Shown: positions 34,412 to 47,400 of the stretch, one piece after another
How the letters are laid out: the number at the start of each line of letters is the position of its first letter
Position numbering within the stretch: position 1 is the stretch's first letter
Assembly (NCBI GenBank): GCA_043228905.1
Contig: JBHGNT010000003.1
Span: forward strand, 12,338,001-12,402,000
Reading direction: 5' to 3'
Length of the DNA: 64,000 nucleotides
Source: Azolla caroliniana
Lineage: Eukaryota > Plantae > Polypodiophyta
Translations under genes and position numbers: made by a program
Notes under the pieces: generated by a model
What the model was told of the DNA's origin: nothing
The model's database searches: none
Seen by the model: the letters and a program-made list of their open reading frames with translations, nothing else

Positions 34412-37400
34412 TGTTGAGAGACAAGCTCAACATCGGCCGCATCGGCTCAAGAAGCCGAGGACCGGATCGGTTGGGACCGATCGGTTAGGCCGAATGCGTA
34501 AACCGGTGCGTAGGCAGGGCCGGATCGGTGCGTAAACCGGGAGGCCGTTAGGAAAGATATTCCGTGAGGAATATATTTGGGAGTTAGTGTAGGATCTCTC
34601 AATCATCATTGAAGTACTGTCGGTCCTTCTAGGACTTGTATAAAAGTGTTCATTGAACACACATATGTATAGAGTCGAGAATAGAGGTTGAATATAGTTC
34701 TTGTGTCTTCTCTCTCACTCTCTCTATCTCTCTCGCATATACTGCGTAAGCTCAAGCTCTCCATTAAACCTGAGTGTTCTTCCTTCTATTCTACCTTCAT
34801 ACTTGTTTCCGCACGCTACTTTCTACATGGTATCAGAGCGCGAGGGTTGAGAACCTCTCTACAACCGACACAGCTTGACGAAGAAGAACGAGAAGAACGA
34901 TGGATAGAGGCATGGAGAGCTCGCTTCCAACAGAGAAGCTTGACAGAACCAACTACGCGTCTTGGTCCTACAAGATGCACAAGTACCTTCTCGGGCACGG
35001 CTACTGGAGTTATGCCGAAGGAGCTAATGACGCGGCACCCGAATCGACACACAGAGACTTCCCGTCGTGGGAGCAATCGGCGAGCAGGGTATTATACTGC
35101 TTCGCGTCGTGTGTGGGCGAACAACTATTGAGCTATGTTTGGGATGCAAAGACGCCGAAGGGTGCGTGGGAAAATCTGAAGAATATTTTCGCCGCGAGCA
35201 CCACAGCCAGGAAGCTTCAGCTCCGACAGGAGTTGAACAACCTACGACAACGCGACTTGTCGGGGGCGGACTATACCTCGAAGATCAAGGATATCTGCGA
35301 CTCCCTTGCCTCCATAGAGGTGAACATCGAGGAGAGCGAGATGGTCCAGATCTGTCTCAGAGGTTTGGCGTCGAAGTTCGGAGCGTTCCGAACGGCTGTG
35401 TGTACCCGGGAGAATAAGCCGTCCTTTTTCGACTTACAGTCAATGCTCCTGGTAGAGGAGAACCACGCGGGTGCGTCTACAAGCACGGACACTGACAACA
35501 GAATGTTGTACACGGAGGGAGATAGGCCCCATGGACGTGGAGCACGAGGCGAGTCGGCGCGCAATGGAGGCGGCCAACGAGATCAAGGAAGAAGGCACCG
35601 GAGTGATGCCGACAGCAACTCCGGACCCTCCAGAAACAGGGGGAGTCGAAGCGATGAGAACCGGCAAGGGAAGGCCATCGCGGAGTGCTAGTACTGTGGC
35701 AAGAAAGGGCACAGGGAAAGTGAGTGCTGGAAAAAGTGCGCCGATTCGGAGAGACCGGTTCCGGAAACGGCTCCGGACATACCGACAAGGGAAATCGACA
35801 GCGATCGCAGTACGCCGAAGACTCCGAGAGAGCCAGAGAAGGGTCTGTCTTCATGACGAGACACAAAGCAAACTCAATGAAACGGACCACCCCGAGATCG
35901 GACGAGGTGTGGTATGTAGACTCCGGCGCGTCGAACCACATGACGAGTCATAAGGAGTGGTTCTCGTACCTTGAAAAACCGATACAACCTGGAGTAGTCG
36001 CAACTGGAGACGACACTCCGCATCCGATCGCGAATGTCGGAGAAGTTCCCCTTAGCCATGTCAGGCAGAAAGGGAAACTCATGAACGTGCTGCACGTTCC
36101 GACAATCACGAAGAACTTGGTCTCGGTCGGACAGATCGTTGACCAAGGGATGGAGGTTCGGTTTACACACCTCGGGTGCTTCATTGAGGAAGAAGGTCAT
36201 GTGATTGCACAAGGGCGTAGAGACGGGAGGATGTTCATCCTCGATTCCACTAACGGCGGCACCACAATGTTCGCGAAGGGACAAAAATCCGAGTTAGACA
36301 TCGACTTGTGGCACAAACGGATAGGCCACGTCAACTACCAGCGGCTTCAAGATCTGCAATCGAAACAGGTAGTGTTCGGATTGCCCAAATTTAGTGGCTG
36401 AAAGGCACAAATTTGTGAAGCCTGCTAGCTCGGGAAGCAACACCGACTTCCTTTCCCCAACGAGTGAAACCGGAGCCGGAACAAGCTCGACCTTATACAC
36501 TCCGATGTATGGGGGCCGGCACAAAACGTTAGTCTTGGTGGGAGCCGATAGTTCGTCTCCTTCATCGACTGCTTTTGGGACCTCAAAGGGTTCGTGGAAA
36601 CGGAATCGGGACGGAAAATCAAGTGCCTGCGGTCGGATGGCGGGAAAGAGTACTTCTCCGGTCAATTCAACGGTTATCTACAAAAAATGGGAATTCAGTG
36701 CGAATTCAGTTGTAGATACACGCCAGAGCAGAATGGCGTGGCTGAGAGGAAGAATCGGTCAGTTGTGGAAGCGGCACGGGCAATGCTGGAGGAGAAGAGC
36801 TTGCCCAAGTTCTACTGGGCTGAGGCGGTAAGGACCACGGTATACATCCAGAACCGGATCGGAGACAAAGTGTCGGCGCACGAGCTATATTTCGGAACGA
36901 AGCCGAACTTGCGACAATTGAGGGTGTTCGGTAGCATTGCGCGTGTGCATATACCGAAGGAGAAAAGGAGGAAGCTGGATGCAAAGGCCGAGAAATGTAT
37001 CTTGGTCGGTTACTCGGACGAGCAGAAGGATTATAAGTGCTATAACCCTCGCACCAAACAAGCGCGGGGTAGCCGCGACGTTGTGGTTGACGAGTCTGCG
37101 TCCTGGTACCAGCCCCCGACTCCAATCCGTGTTCTGACGAAGATGCCTCCGGATGAGCCCGAAATCGAGACCCACGAAGAGAGTCCGATTTCACTCCGTT
37201 TAAGTGGACCGAGTGGACCGATTGGACGACTGAGTTGGTACGACCAGTCCGATGAAGAGCCGGCGAGTAGTGGAGACTCGGCCATGCATTCCCCGCACAG
37301 GAAGCCGAGGAGACGGCTTACGCGCAAAGAGAAAGGGAAGAAGAAGGTGTCGGATTCCGGCACGGATAGGAATGAGTCAAACCGACGCGAGTCCGACTCC

Positions 37401-40056
37401 GAGGGAACCGGTGATGGGTCTTTAAAAGTGAAGTCCGCGTCGACTGAGAAGGCCTCGACATCGACTAATGCGAGATTACGCAGATCTACCTGCCAGAAGA
37501 ATCCTGTTTTGCAGTTCGGATACAACGAGTACATGGCGCATCATTATGCGTACATGACCCGTGTAGCAGAAGTGCGTGAGCCGGAGAGCTACGCAGAAGC
37601 GGCGAAGGACGCGAATTGGTGCGCCGCGATGGAGGAAGAGATGCACGCATTGGCGGAGAACGAGACCTGGGACCTGGTTGACGCACCGAAGGGTGTGAAG
37701 CCGATCAGGTGTAGATGGGTGTACAAAGTCAAGTACAACACCGATGGCTCGGTCAACCGGTACAAGGCTCGGCTAGTGGCAAAGGGCTATGCACAGAAAC
37801 AGGGCATTGAATACGATGAGACATTTGCGCCGGTCGCGAAAATGACGACCGTCCGTGTTTTGCTCGCAGTAGCTGCCGTGAAGGGGTGGCACTTACATTA
37901 GATGGATGTAAAGAATGCATTCCTGCAAGGTGACCTTGAGGATCAGGTGTACATGGTACAACCCCCCGGATTTCACTCTGGAACGAACTCCTCGGCAGTA
38001 TGCCGACTGAAGAAGTCCCTTTACGGACTAAAGCAAGCCCCGCGTGCCTGGAACGTGAAGATCACGCAACAACTGCGTCGGATGGGCTTCGTCACGTCAA
38101 AATCGGACTCTTCCCTGTTCATCCGGAAAGGTCGACTCGGACCGGTTAGTATTCTACTATATGTCGATGACTTGGTCATCACCGGCGCCGACCTAGGTGA
38201 AATTGACCGCGTGAAGCTCCAGCTTGCGGCATCATTCGACATGAAGGATTTGGGGGACCTTCATTACTTCCTCGGGATCGAAGTGATCCATACCCCCAAA
38301 GGCATATTGATCAGCCAACCTCATTACGTGCTGGGTATGCTCTTCAAACTCGGGATGGCCGACTGTAAGTCCGTCTCGACTCCTCTGGACAGAACCATCA
38401 AGCTTCGTCCCGATACGGGAAAGGTATGCGACCCGACGAGGTTCCGACAAATTGTCGGAAGCCTCATATACTTGACCATCACCCGACCCGACCTCAGTTA
38501 TCCGGTCGGGGTGATCAGTCAGTTCATGGCGCGACCTACCGAGGAGCACCTTTAGTGTGCGCAACGCGTACTGCGGTACGTAAGCGGCACTAAGGACCGC
38601 GGACTGCTATATCGGACCGGTGCAGCCGCGCAGTTAGTCGGCTACACCGATGCTGATTGGGTTGGCAATGCCGCCGATCGCCGATCCACGTCCGGATACG
38701 CGTTCTCCCTCAGGAGTGCCGCAATCGCGTGGAGCAGTAAGAAGCAGCCGACGGTTGCACTGTCGAGCACCGAAGCTGAGTACCGAGGAGCGGCTGTCGC
38801 GACATGTGAAGCCATATGGTTGAAGCGGCTACTTAAGGACCTGCAAGCGGAGGTGTCAGATCCGACGACGATCTACTACGACAACCTCAGCAGCATCCAG
38901 CTCGCGAAGAACCCTGTTTTCCACCCACGAACCAAGCACATTGAGGTGCACTACCATTTCGTCCGTGAGCGTGTCCTTTCCGGTGAAGTCGAACTTCAGT
39001 ACATGCCGACGGATCGGCAGATTGCCGACATCTTCACCAAGCCTCTTGGTCTGGACAAGTTGCGGCAATTCTCAAGTGCGCTCGGATTGCGTCACCTCGA
39101 CGTGCCAAAATTGAGGGGGAGAACAGTCCCGAACGACCAAGCAAGGCAGCAGGAAAGGAGCGGAGACCGCGACACCACCGAGTCGGTTAACTCGGTTGTC
39201 AAGTTCGACTTTGGATCGGCTGAAGAAGCCGAGGGCGGACCCGCGGAAAAGTCCGGAAGCAGACAGAAGGGGAGCAGCCGAAGGAGAGAGACGAAGCCAT
39301 CGAGGGCGAGAAGACCGAAGACGAGTTGGAGACAGCCAACTCGGACGAGAGAGAAAACCGATCGGAGGTAGCCGAGTCGGTTCGGATGTTTGATTCAGAT
39401 ACGCTGAATCAATCGAGGCCCAAGCGGAAGAAAAGGCAGCAGGAGAAGCGTCAACACCGCAACAACAGAAGAGCTGATAAGGGCCACGTGAGCAGACAAG
39501 CCGACCGGAAGGGTTAAAGCGCGCGGAGTCGAACAGGTCGAGGAGCACGAGCTAGGCGTGAAGCCAGGAGGAACTGGAGCTGTGAGCCCGAAGATCCAAA
39601 AGAGCCTCAAGTTGAGCTTGAGGGTGAGTGTTGAGAGACAAGCTCAACATCGGCCGGATCGGCTGAAGAAGCCGAGGACTGGATCGGTTGGGACCGATCG
39701 GTTAGGCCGAATGCGTAAACCGGTACGCAGACCGGTGCGTAGGCAGGGCCGGATCGGTGTGTAAACCGGGAGGCCGTTAGGAAAGATATTCCGTGAGGAA
39801 TATATTTGGGAGTTAGTGTAGGAGCTCTCAATGAGCATTGAAGTACTGTCGGTCCTTCTAGGACTTGTATAAAAGTGTTCATTGAACACACATATGTATA
39901 GAGTTGAGAATAGAGGTTGAATATAGTTCTTGTGTCTTCTCTCTCAGTCTCTCAGTCTCTCTCGCGTATACTGCGTAAGCTCAAGCTCTCCATTAAACCT
40001 GAGTGTTCTTCCTTCTGTTCTACCTTCATACTTGTTTCCACACGCTACTTTCTACA
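34412..40056 (+). mobile_element. Full-length decayed Ty1/copia family A
   Basis: LTRs 34412-34827 and 39629-40056, TSD CAAGA, PBS TGGTATCAGAGC 34828-34839, PPT 39619-39628. Gag-pol 34900-39400 is broken by stops (WYVDSGASNHM, LRSDGGKEY, LLYVDDL). Confidence 0.96.
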
Positions 40057-40061
40057 CAAGA

Positions 40062-40330
40062 GAAGGATAATAATAATCGGTATAGAAAAAAATAATAAAA
40101 TCATAAAAATAAAAAAGAAAGAAACCAATAAATAAATAAATAAATATAAATCAAACTGACAATAATAGTCATTAAAAATAAAGTAAATCAATAAAATAAT
40201 GGTAAAGAAAATAAAATAAAATAAATAAATAATAAATAATAAATAAATTAAAAATAAATAAAAAAAGAAATAATAAATAATAAATAATAATAATAAATAA
40301 TAAATAAAAACTAATACAATTAATAGAACA
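40062..40330. repeat. Low-complexity A/T tract (AATAAAT-like) in the intergenic region of the large gypsy
   Basis: Almost pure A/T with repeated ATAAATA. Confidence 0.8.
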
Positions 40331-40688
40331 TAAACCACGGCAACAAGGGACAACCGACGGGGATGCGAGGTCGGGAGGGTAGGGAGGAATCGATGGAGAA
40401 GATTCGGATACCGATGGTGACGGGGGTCTGAACGGGGGTCTATGGGGAACGTGGTAGGGGATTGGGTAAATTAAGGGCTTTTGAGGAACCTTGAGGATGC
40501 GATTGTGGAGGGAGTGTCATTCGGGTATCGTGTGAGGTTCCGGGTCCGTGACTTTTAAGGATCCAAACCTGCGGCATGTTTGTTAAGGGGGTGGGGAGGA
40601 TTTGTGAAACCTTCCTACGGGGGTGTTCGGTCTCTCAGTTGTTTAGGCTTGTCGATTCTTGTGGCTTTAGCCTGGGCGGGATACCAAG

Positions 40689-41514
40689 CTAATGTGTGTG
40701 CTTTTCAGGTGTCCCCTGTACGCGTTGTATGATCGCGACTGGGAGTTGGCTTCGTTTCGGGACCCAGAAGCTAGTTGCGCCTTTGTACCAACCTTGTGCT
40801 ATTGTGAGTGTCTTTTTGACTCGCCAAATGGCGGATTCTCCACAACGTTGTCCGTCCGCAAAAACAGCGTGAACATTCACCCATTCCCCTGGTTTGGGTG
40901 TCTGTGTTCTGACGCTAACGTCGCGCTGGTCTTGGGTGGCCAGTGGGTGTTGGCGTTCAGTTTGGTTGAGCGACTCCGCGCCTTGGGGCTCATCGATGTC
41001 CCCTGCAGGCGTGGTATGATCGCGATTGGGGAGTCGGCTTCATTTCGGGACCCAGAAGCTAGTGGCGCCATTGTGCCAACCTTGTGCGGTTGTGAGTATT
41101 TTTCTGACTCGCCATACCGCACGTTCTTCGTAGCGTGGGCCTCCAGGGAAAACTGCGTGGACGTTCACCCATTCTCGTGGTTTGGGTTTCTGTGTTCTAT
41201 TGTTAGTCTCGCATTGGCCATGGGCGGCCGGTGGGTGTCGGTGTGTTGCTTGTTTGGGTAGGTCCACGCTTTGGGGGTCAGCGAGGACAGCGAGATGTGA
41301 TTCAAGTGTTGTTGCGAGGAGGTCCTCGGACTTCAGTCCAGCTCCTGTTTGAAAAGAGACGATGTGTTTGCTAGGTGATAGGAGACATTCGCTTATGCGA
41401 CACCAATCTAAACCGAGAAGGCATTGTGTGTGCATCACTCCAGGTGGGAGTACCCGAACTTGGATTAAGTGCGCGTTGTATTCTGTCTTGATGTTACACC
41501 CGAAAGTTCCCAGG
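40689..41514 (-). pseudogene. C-terminal part of the second-protease ORF: protease C-half plus two 96-aa repeats
   Basis: GTFGCNIKTEYNAHLIQVRVLPPGVMHTQCLLGLDW, then two copies 288 bp apart of WVNVHAVF..AxWRVxKxLTxAQGWxxGATSFWVPK. Confidence 0.75.
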
Positions 41515-41861
41515 TGTCAGGAACAGTACTAAGACAGAGAAGGAATTAGTACTAAAAGAAGTATTAGTACTACGAGAGGTGAAGAACTCTCGAGAGAAGG
41601 AAAGAGTGAGTGAGAGGGAGGGAGGGAGAGAGAGAGAGAGAGTGATGATAAGAAAAGATATATATTATGTGAAGAAAATGTACGGTAGCTAGGAGGCTTA
41701 AGACTGGCGTTGAACCGATTTGGTTCGAAATAATGCCTTGTCCCTCCTTTTATAGTGTTCTAAGGAATACTCCTGAAGTTTCTAGAATGTTCCAGAGAAA
41801 TCTGGAATATACATCAATTTTCTATAATAAAACATAAAAGAAAATAATATTCTACGTATTA

Positions 41862-41933
41862 CAATGTATAGTCTAATGGTCAAGACCTCGACCCCTGTAG
41901 CATAAGGTCATGGGTTCGAGTCTTGCCATATCA
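41862..41933 (+). promoter_or_regulatory. tRNA-like module (Pol III A and B boxes) inside the chromovirus LTR; also at ~47016-47090 and ~49897-49971
   Basis: A box TAGTCTAATGG 41869-41879, D-stem GTCT/AGAC, B box GGTTCGAGTC 41913-41922, tRNA-like 44-nt spacing. Acceptor and anticodon arms are degenerate. Confidence 0.6.
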
Positions 41934-44403
41934 TGACACTATCCCCCCTTAACGACGAGTGTAACGAGTCGTTTTGGATTGAGGACCCAGTTTGTCTGGA
42001 TATTGACGATGGAAGTCTTCAAGAAGAGCACGAGCGTTGGTGACATTCTCTATCGGTTCCCAAGTACGTTCGTTGGGACTATATCCTAGCCAATCGACTA
42101 GATAGTAGAGCTTGTTGCGAACAAGCTTGGAATCAAGGATGGCGGCAACCTCGTACTCAGGTCCATCTTCAAGCTCGATCGGGGGTGGAGGCTGTGTAAT
42201 ACGTCCTGGGATGGTGCTCTCTTGATAGGGTTCAAGGAGAGAACTATGAAACACCGGATGTATCCGAAGTTGTGGAGGTAGATCAAGACGAAAAGTGACA
42301 TCATTAATTTTTCCTATAATACGGAAGGGACCTAATCGCCGATAATCCAACTTCTCGCATGGGCGAGTAGTCTTGATGTGTCGTCAGAGTAGCCATACCC
42401 GATCTCCAATGTTAAAACTAGATGGGAGTCGATGACGATCCGCATAAACCTTGTGTGTTTCTTGAGCTTGTTGGAGATGAGTAGATAAATCCGCTTGTAT
42501 CTTGCATAACCTCTCCAAACGATCCTCTGTGCAAAGATTTGTGGACACCTCTGGGGTTTCAAGTACACACCACCGGGGGTGACATCCCGTATAAGCATAA
42601 AATGGCGTAACTTTAGTGGATGCGTGGATAGAGTTGATATAGGCAAATTCGGCGAAGTGGAGAATATCTGCCCAGTCATCCTGATGATAGCTGAGAAAGC
42701 ACCGCAGATACTGCTCCCGCGTTTGATTGGTTTGTTCGGCTTGGCCGTCGGTTTGTGGGTGGTAGCCGGAGGAGAGGTTACAAGTGACCTTGAGCATGTT
42801 AAAAAGGTGCTTCCAGAATTTTGACACGAACTGGGGTCCACGGTCGCTGATGATACTATCGGGAAGTCCATGATGCCGACATACTTCACGCATGACAATT
42901 TCGGTAGTGTCTTCACTGGAGATCTCCTTAGTACATGGCAAGAAATGAGCCATCTTCGTATATCGATCGACCACCGTTAGAATCGCATTGAACCCCTTAG
43001 AGACTGGAAGATCTGTGATGAAGTCTAGAGCAATGGATTGCCACGGCTTGCTTGGAATTGGTAATGGTTGTAATAAACCATATGGATGATGCCTTGGCAT
43101 TTTCGCTCTGCAGCATGTATCACACGTCCAAACAAAATCCTCGACAAATTGTCGCATACAAGGCCACCAGAATGATCGTTGTACTAAATGTAATGTTTTA
43201 GTACTACCAAAATACCCAACTGTATATGTGTCATGATAGTTTTGTACTACTTGAAGGCGGCAAGAACCATTAGGAACGTACAAAAGTTCTTTAAAGAAGA
43301 GTAATCCATCATGGTATTTGAATTGCTGATAGTCCGTACCTGGTGGTTGCGACTGTGAACACGATGCTCGAGAGGGATCAATTTGTGCTAGTATAGCTTG
43401 GGCGAACGCATCTGTCTTCAAGTCTTTGCGTATGGTATCGATAACGCGGGAATCCATGGGCATGTCAAAGATCTGTGTTGCGTGTAGTCGTGCCGGTCCC
43501 AAGATGACTTGTTTTTGGTTATCGAAAGCTGGCTCGCCGGGACGGGGTGCTAGATACAAACGTCGTGATAATGCATCTGCCTTCCCTTGGTGCTTCCCCG
43601 GACCATATGTAATTTTGAAGTCGAAACGCGTGAGGAAGTGGGCCCACCGATCTTGACGTCGATTCAACACACGAGCATCCTGAAAGTAGGCAAGGTTCTT
43701 GTGGTCACTAAATACGGTGACCGGATGAGAGGATCCCTCCAGAAAATGCCTCCATTGCATAAAAGAATCCACTATTGCCAATAGATCCTTATCATGAATT
43801 TCGTAGTTGATTTCGGCGGCGTCAAACTTGCGTGAGTGAAAAGCCACAAGATGTAGCTTCTCATCATTCCCCTGTTGTGACAGAATGCTCCCCAATGCAA
43901 AATCCGATGCGTCAGCTTCGATAATGAATGGTTTTTCAGGATCGACATGAGCTAGAATTGGAGCCGATGTAAATGCCTTTTTAAGACTCTCGAAAGCCAT
44001 GTCCGTTTCTTCAGACCAGATGACGGTTGTCCCTTCCTGGTAAGTTGTGTGAGAGGTAGAACGATCTTTGAGTAATCTTGTATGAACTTCCGGTAAGTCT
44101 GCCATTCTACCACTGTTTTGACCTTAGCTAGGTCCATGGAGATGCCTTCTGACAAAATGATGTAGCCAAGAAATTCCACTTGGTTGCACCCGAAACTACA
44201 TTTTTCCACCTTTGCATACAGACCATGTTCTCGAAGTCGTTTTAGTACTAATAGTACATGAGAATCATGTTCTTCTTGGGTCTTTGAATAAACCAGTAGA
44301 TCATCCAAATAGATGATCAAACAATCATCCAATAGATCTCAGAATATATCATTAGCCATGTGCTGGAAGACTGTTGGCACATTAGTGAGGCCGAACGGCA
44401 TGA

Positions 44404-47400
44404 CCGTATACTCGAAGTGCCCATATCTGGTGCAAAATGCGGTCTTCCATTCGTCTCCTGGTCGGATCTGTACGAGGTTATATGCTCCCCGTAAGTCGAT
44501 CTTTGTGAAGAACCTGGCACCATTGATCCGTTCTAAAAGACTTGAGATAAGGGAAAGAGCATACCTATTCCTGATTGTAACCTTATTCAGGCCACGGTAA
44601 CCTACAACAAGACGAAGCGATCCATCCTTTTTCTTGACGAAGAAAATGGGCGCGCCGGCTAGAGATTTTGAATGCCGAATGAAACCATTTTCCAAATTCT
44701 CCTCTATATAGGCCCGAAGGACATCCAGCTTGGTTGGTGACAAATTGTAGATCGGTCCCCATGGCGGCTCTTTTTCCGGTTGTAAATCGATGGAGCAATC
44801 GTACGGTCGATGATGAGGAAGTGTGTTGGCTTGTACTTTATCGAACACATCGGCATAATGACGATACTTCTCGGGAAGTTGAACGGTGGATTCTTCTTTA
44901 GTGGTGCTAGAGGGGTTTACTGATATTGCAAAGAGGAACATTTCCTCCTTGCGCCCTTCTTTACGCAACTGATGTAGCGAAATGGTTGCCATCTTCTGAG
45001 TTGACCCTTGGGTTTGTCGACACCGGATTTCTCTTGTTCTCCAATCTATGTCTGGGATGTTCTGGGATACTAATAATATTAAATGATACTACACATGCTA
45101 AGTTATCTAGGACAATATTAATGGGCTCTGACTCTTCTATGATATTTCCGGAAGCAATGGGACGTCCATCAATGACTACTACAGAGGCTGAACACTGGAG
45201 TTTTCTTAGGGATATCTTATGAGCTTGAGCAAATTTCTTATCCCTAAAGCAAGAGTTAGCTCCGGAATCTAGGAGTGCTAGGACATGTATTAGAGGGGTA
45301 CTTTTAGTACTAACTATTACTTGGGCTACGAACACATCACTAAATTTCTTAGAGGGAATGGAACCACTAATGGGCTGCACAGATCTAGGGCTGTCCAACC
45401 AAACGGCTCCTATTTTGGCTGGACTTAGTCGTTTAACTCTTCTTCTAACTGACTAAGGACATCAAATCTGTTCGCTAGATCTAGGCTATTAGTACTATTA
45501 GGACGATCAGATATCCCTACTGAAATAGGCTCGGGTTTAGTACAATTAGAACTAGCGACTATTTGGTTTACCTGTCTTCTTGGTCTATGGGGGCAATTTA
45601 TTGCAATATGTCCTAGTCCACCGCAGTAAAGACATAGTCGATTTGTACGGCGTCGTTGCTTTTCTTCTTCGGATAATGGCCCTCGACGACGTGTAGTGTC
45701 AATCTCCATCGGAGTCAGAGTATTCGCTGGAGGCGCATTATATGACTCCCTCGGAAAAGGTCTTGCTACCATTGAGGCGTAGGTGGACTCTGATCTTGCC
45801 CTCGGCATCTGTAGCTGTCGTTCCGAACGTCGCTCAAAGAGGAGGTTGTCACATCTCACCGCGCGACTGATTGCTTCTGTTAAGGACTTTGGCTCTTCAG
45901 GGAAGGTCAAGAGTAAATCCTTGACGTCGTTGCATAAACCATAACGGAATTGCTCCATCAACGCTTGATCATCCCAAGGGATATCGGCGGCGAGTAGGCG
46001 AAAATTTGCAGCGTATGCGGAGGCTGGACGGTCACCTTGGCGTAATCGCCGAATTTTGTTGATTGCGGTCCTGATGCTGTCAATATCTCCGAAACATGCT
46101 TTAAACTCACCTAGAAACTCTTCAAAATTGTTGAGTAATGGAGATTCCTTTTCTAATAGCGGAGCGAACCATGCCAACGCTGAGCCACTTAACAAAGTGC
46201 CTACTAAACCCACTCGTGATGCATCGGTGGGATATCGGGAAGGATGCATTTGAATAACTAATCGTACCTGGTTAAGGAACCCTCTAAATTACAATCGCGT
46301 TCCATTGAACTTCGTGGGAAGGCCAATCTTGGGTTCTCTATGAATCCCTTGTGTTTCGGGCCCTTGTTGTTGCATTGCTACGATGGTTGCTTCGAGTTGT
46401 TGCACGCGTAACGCAAGTTCCCCATGTTGTTGTTGCGTTTGCTGCTTTTCTAAGGAGATTTGTTGAAGATCCCCCAGCAACCGTTGGTTTTCTTGTTCCA
46501 AAGCATGGAACTTCTCTTTCAAGCATTGAAATTCCGAGAAAACAAATTGATATTCTTCAGCGCTAACAGTGGCCATGGGATGAAAGAAAAGAGGAATAAG
46601 AGATTAGTAGGAAATGAGAGAGACAAAAGGTAGGGAAAATCGGTTCAAACTGTCAGGAACAGTACTAAGACAGAGAATGAATTAGTACTAAAAGAAGTAT
46701 TAGTACTACGAGAGGTGAAGAACTCTCGAGAGAAGGAAAGAGTGAGTGAGAGGGAGGGAGAGAGAGATCGAGAGAGAGAGAGAGAGAGAGAGAGAGTGAT
46801 GATAAGAAAAGATATATATTATGTGAAGAAAATGTACAGTAGCTAGGAGGCTTAAGACTGGCGTTGAACCGATTTGGTTCGAAATAATGCCTTGTCCCTC
46901 CTTTTATAGTGTTCTAAGGAATACTCCTGAAGTTTCTAGAATGTTCCAGAGAAATCTGCAATATACATCAATTTTCTATAATAAAACATAAAAGATAATA
47001 ATATTCTACGTATTACAATGCATAGTCTAATGGTCAAGAGCTCGACCCATGTAGCATAAGGTCATGGGTGGTTCGAGTCTTGCCATATCATGACACCAGG
47101 CAACATGACGTGGACCCATTGAAGCCACGGAAGTTGTTATTGCACACTTCGAGGTTTGGGCAACCTAGACGTCTCCATGTTTCGAAGGAGAAAAGGGTTA
47201 GCGATGCTCCTGTGTCGATTACCGCCGTCAAAGGCATGTCGTCGACACAGCATTGTAGTTGTATTGTTCCATCATTAGAGTTGGCCGTATACTCGAAGTG
47301 CCCATATCTGGTGCAAAATGCGGTCTTCCATTCGTCTCCTGGTCGGATCTGTACGAGGTTATATGCTCCCCGTAAGTCGATCTTTGTGAAGAACCTGGCA

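Larger units (their letters stand above)
41515..47095 (-). mobile_element. Full-length decayed chromovirus (Tcn1/Tf1-sushi-like Ty3/gypsy)
   Basis: LTRs 41515-41938 and 46651-47095, TSD CCAGG, PPT 41939-41951. Gag 45425-46576 (CLYCGGLGHIAINC), LLDSGANS, IYLDDLL, IEADASD, IALDFIT, chromodomain YEVAAILDS..YLVDWLGY..TWEP. Confidence 0.96.

Noticed and set aside
40045-40353. Hydrophobic multi-TM (env-like) ORF
   Set aside because: Translation of a low-complexity T/A tract (F, I, Y, L only).
41862-41933. Functional tRNA gene
   Set aside because: Acceptor stem and anticodon arm do not form; only the D-arm and the A/B boxes remain.
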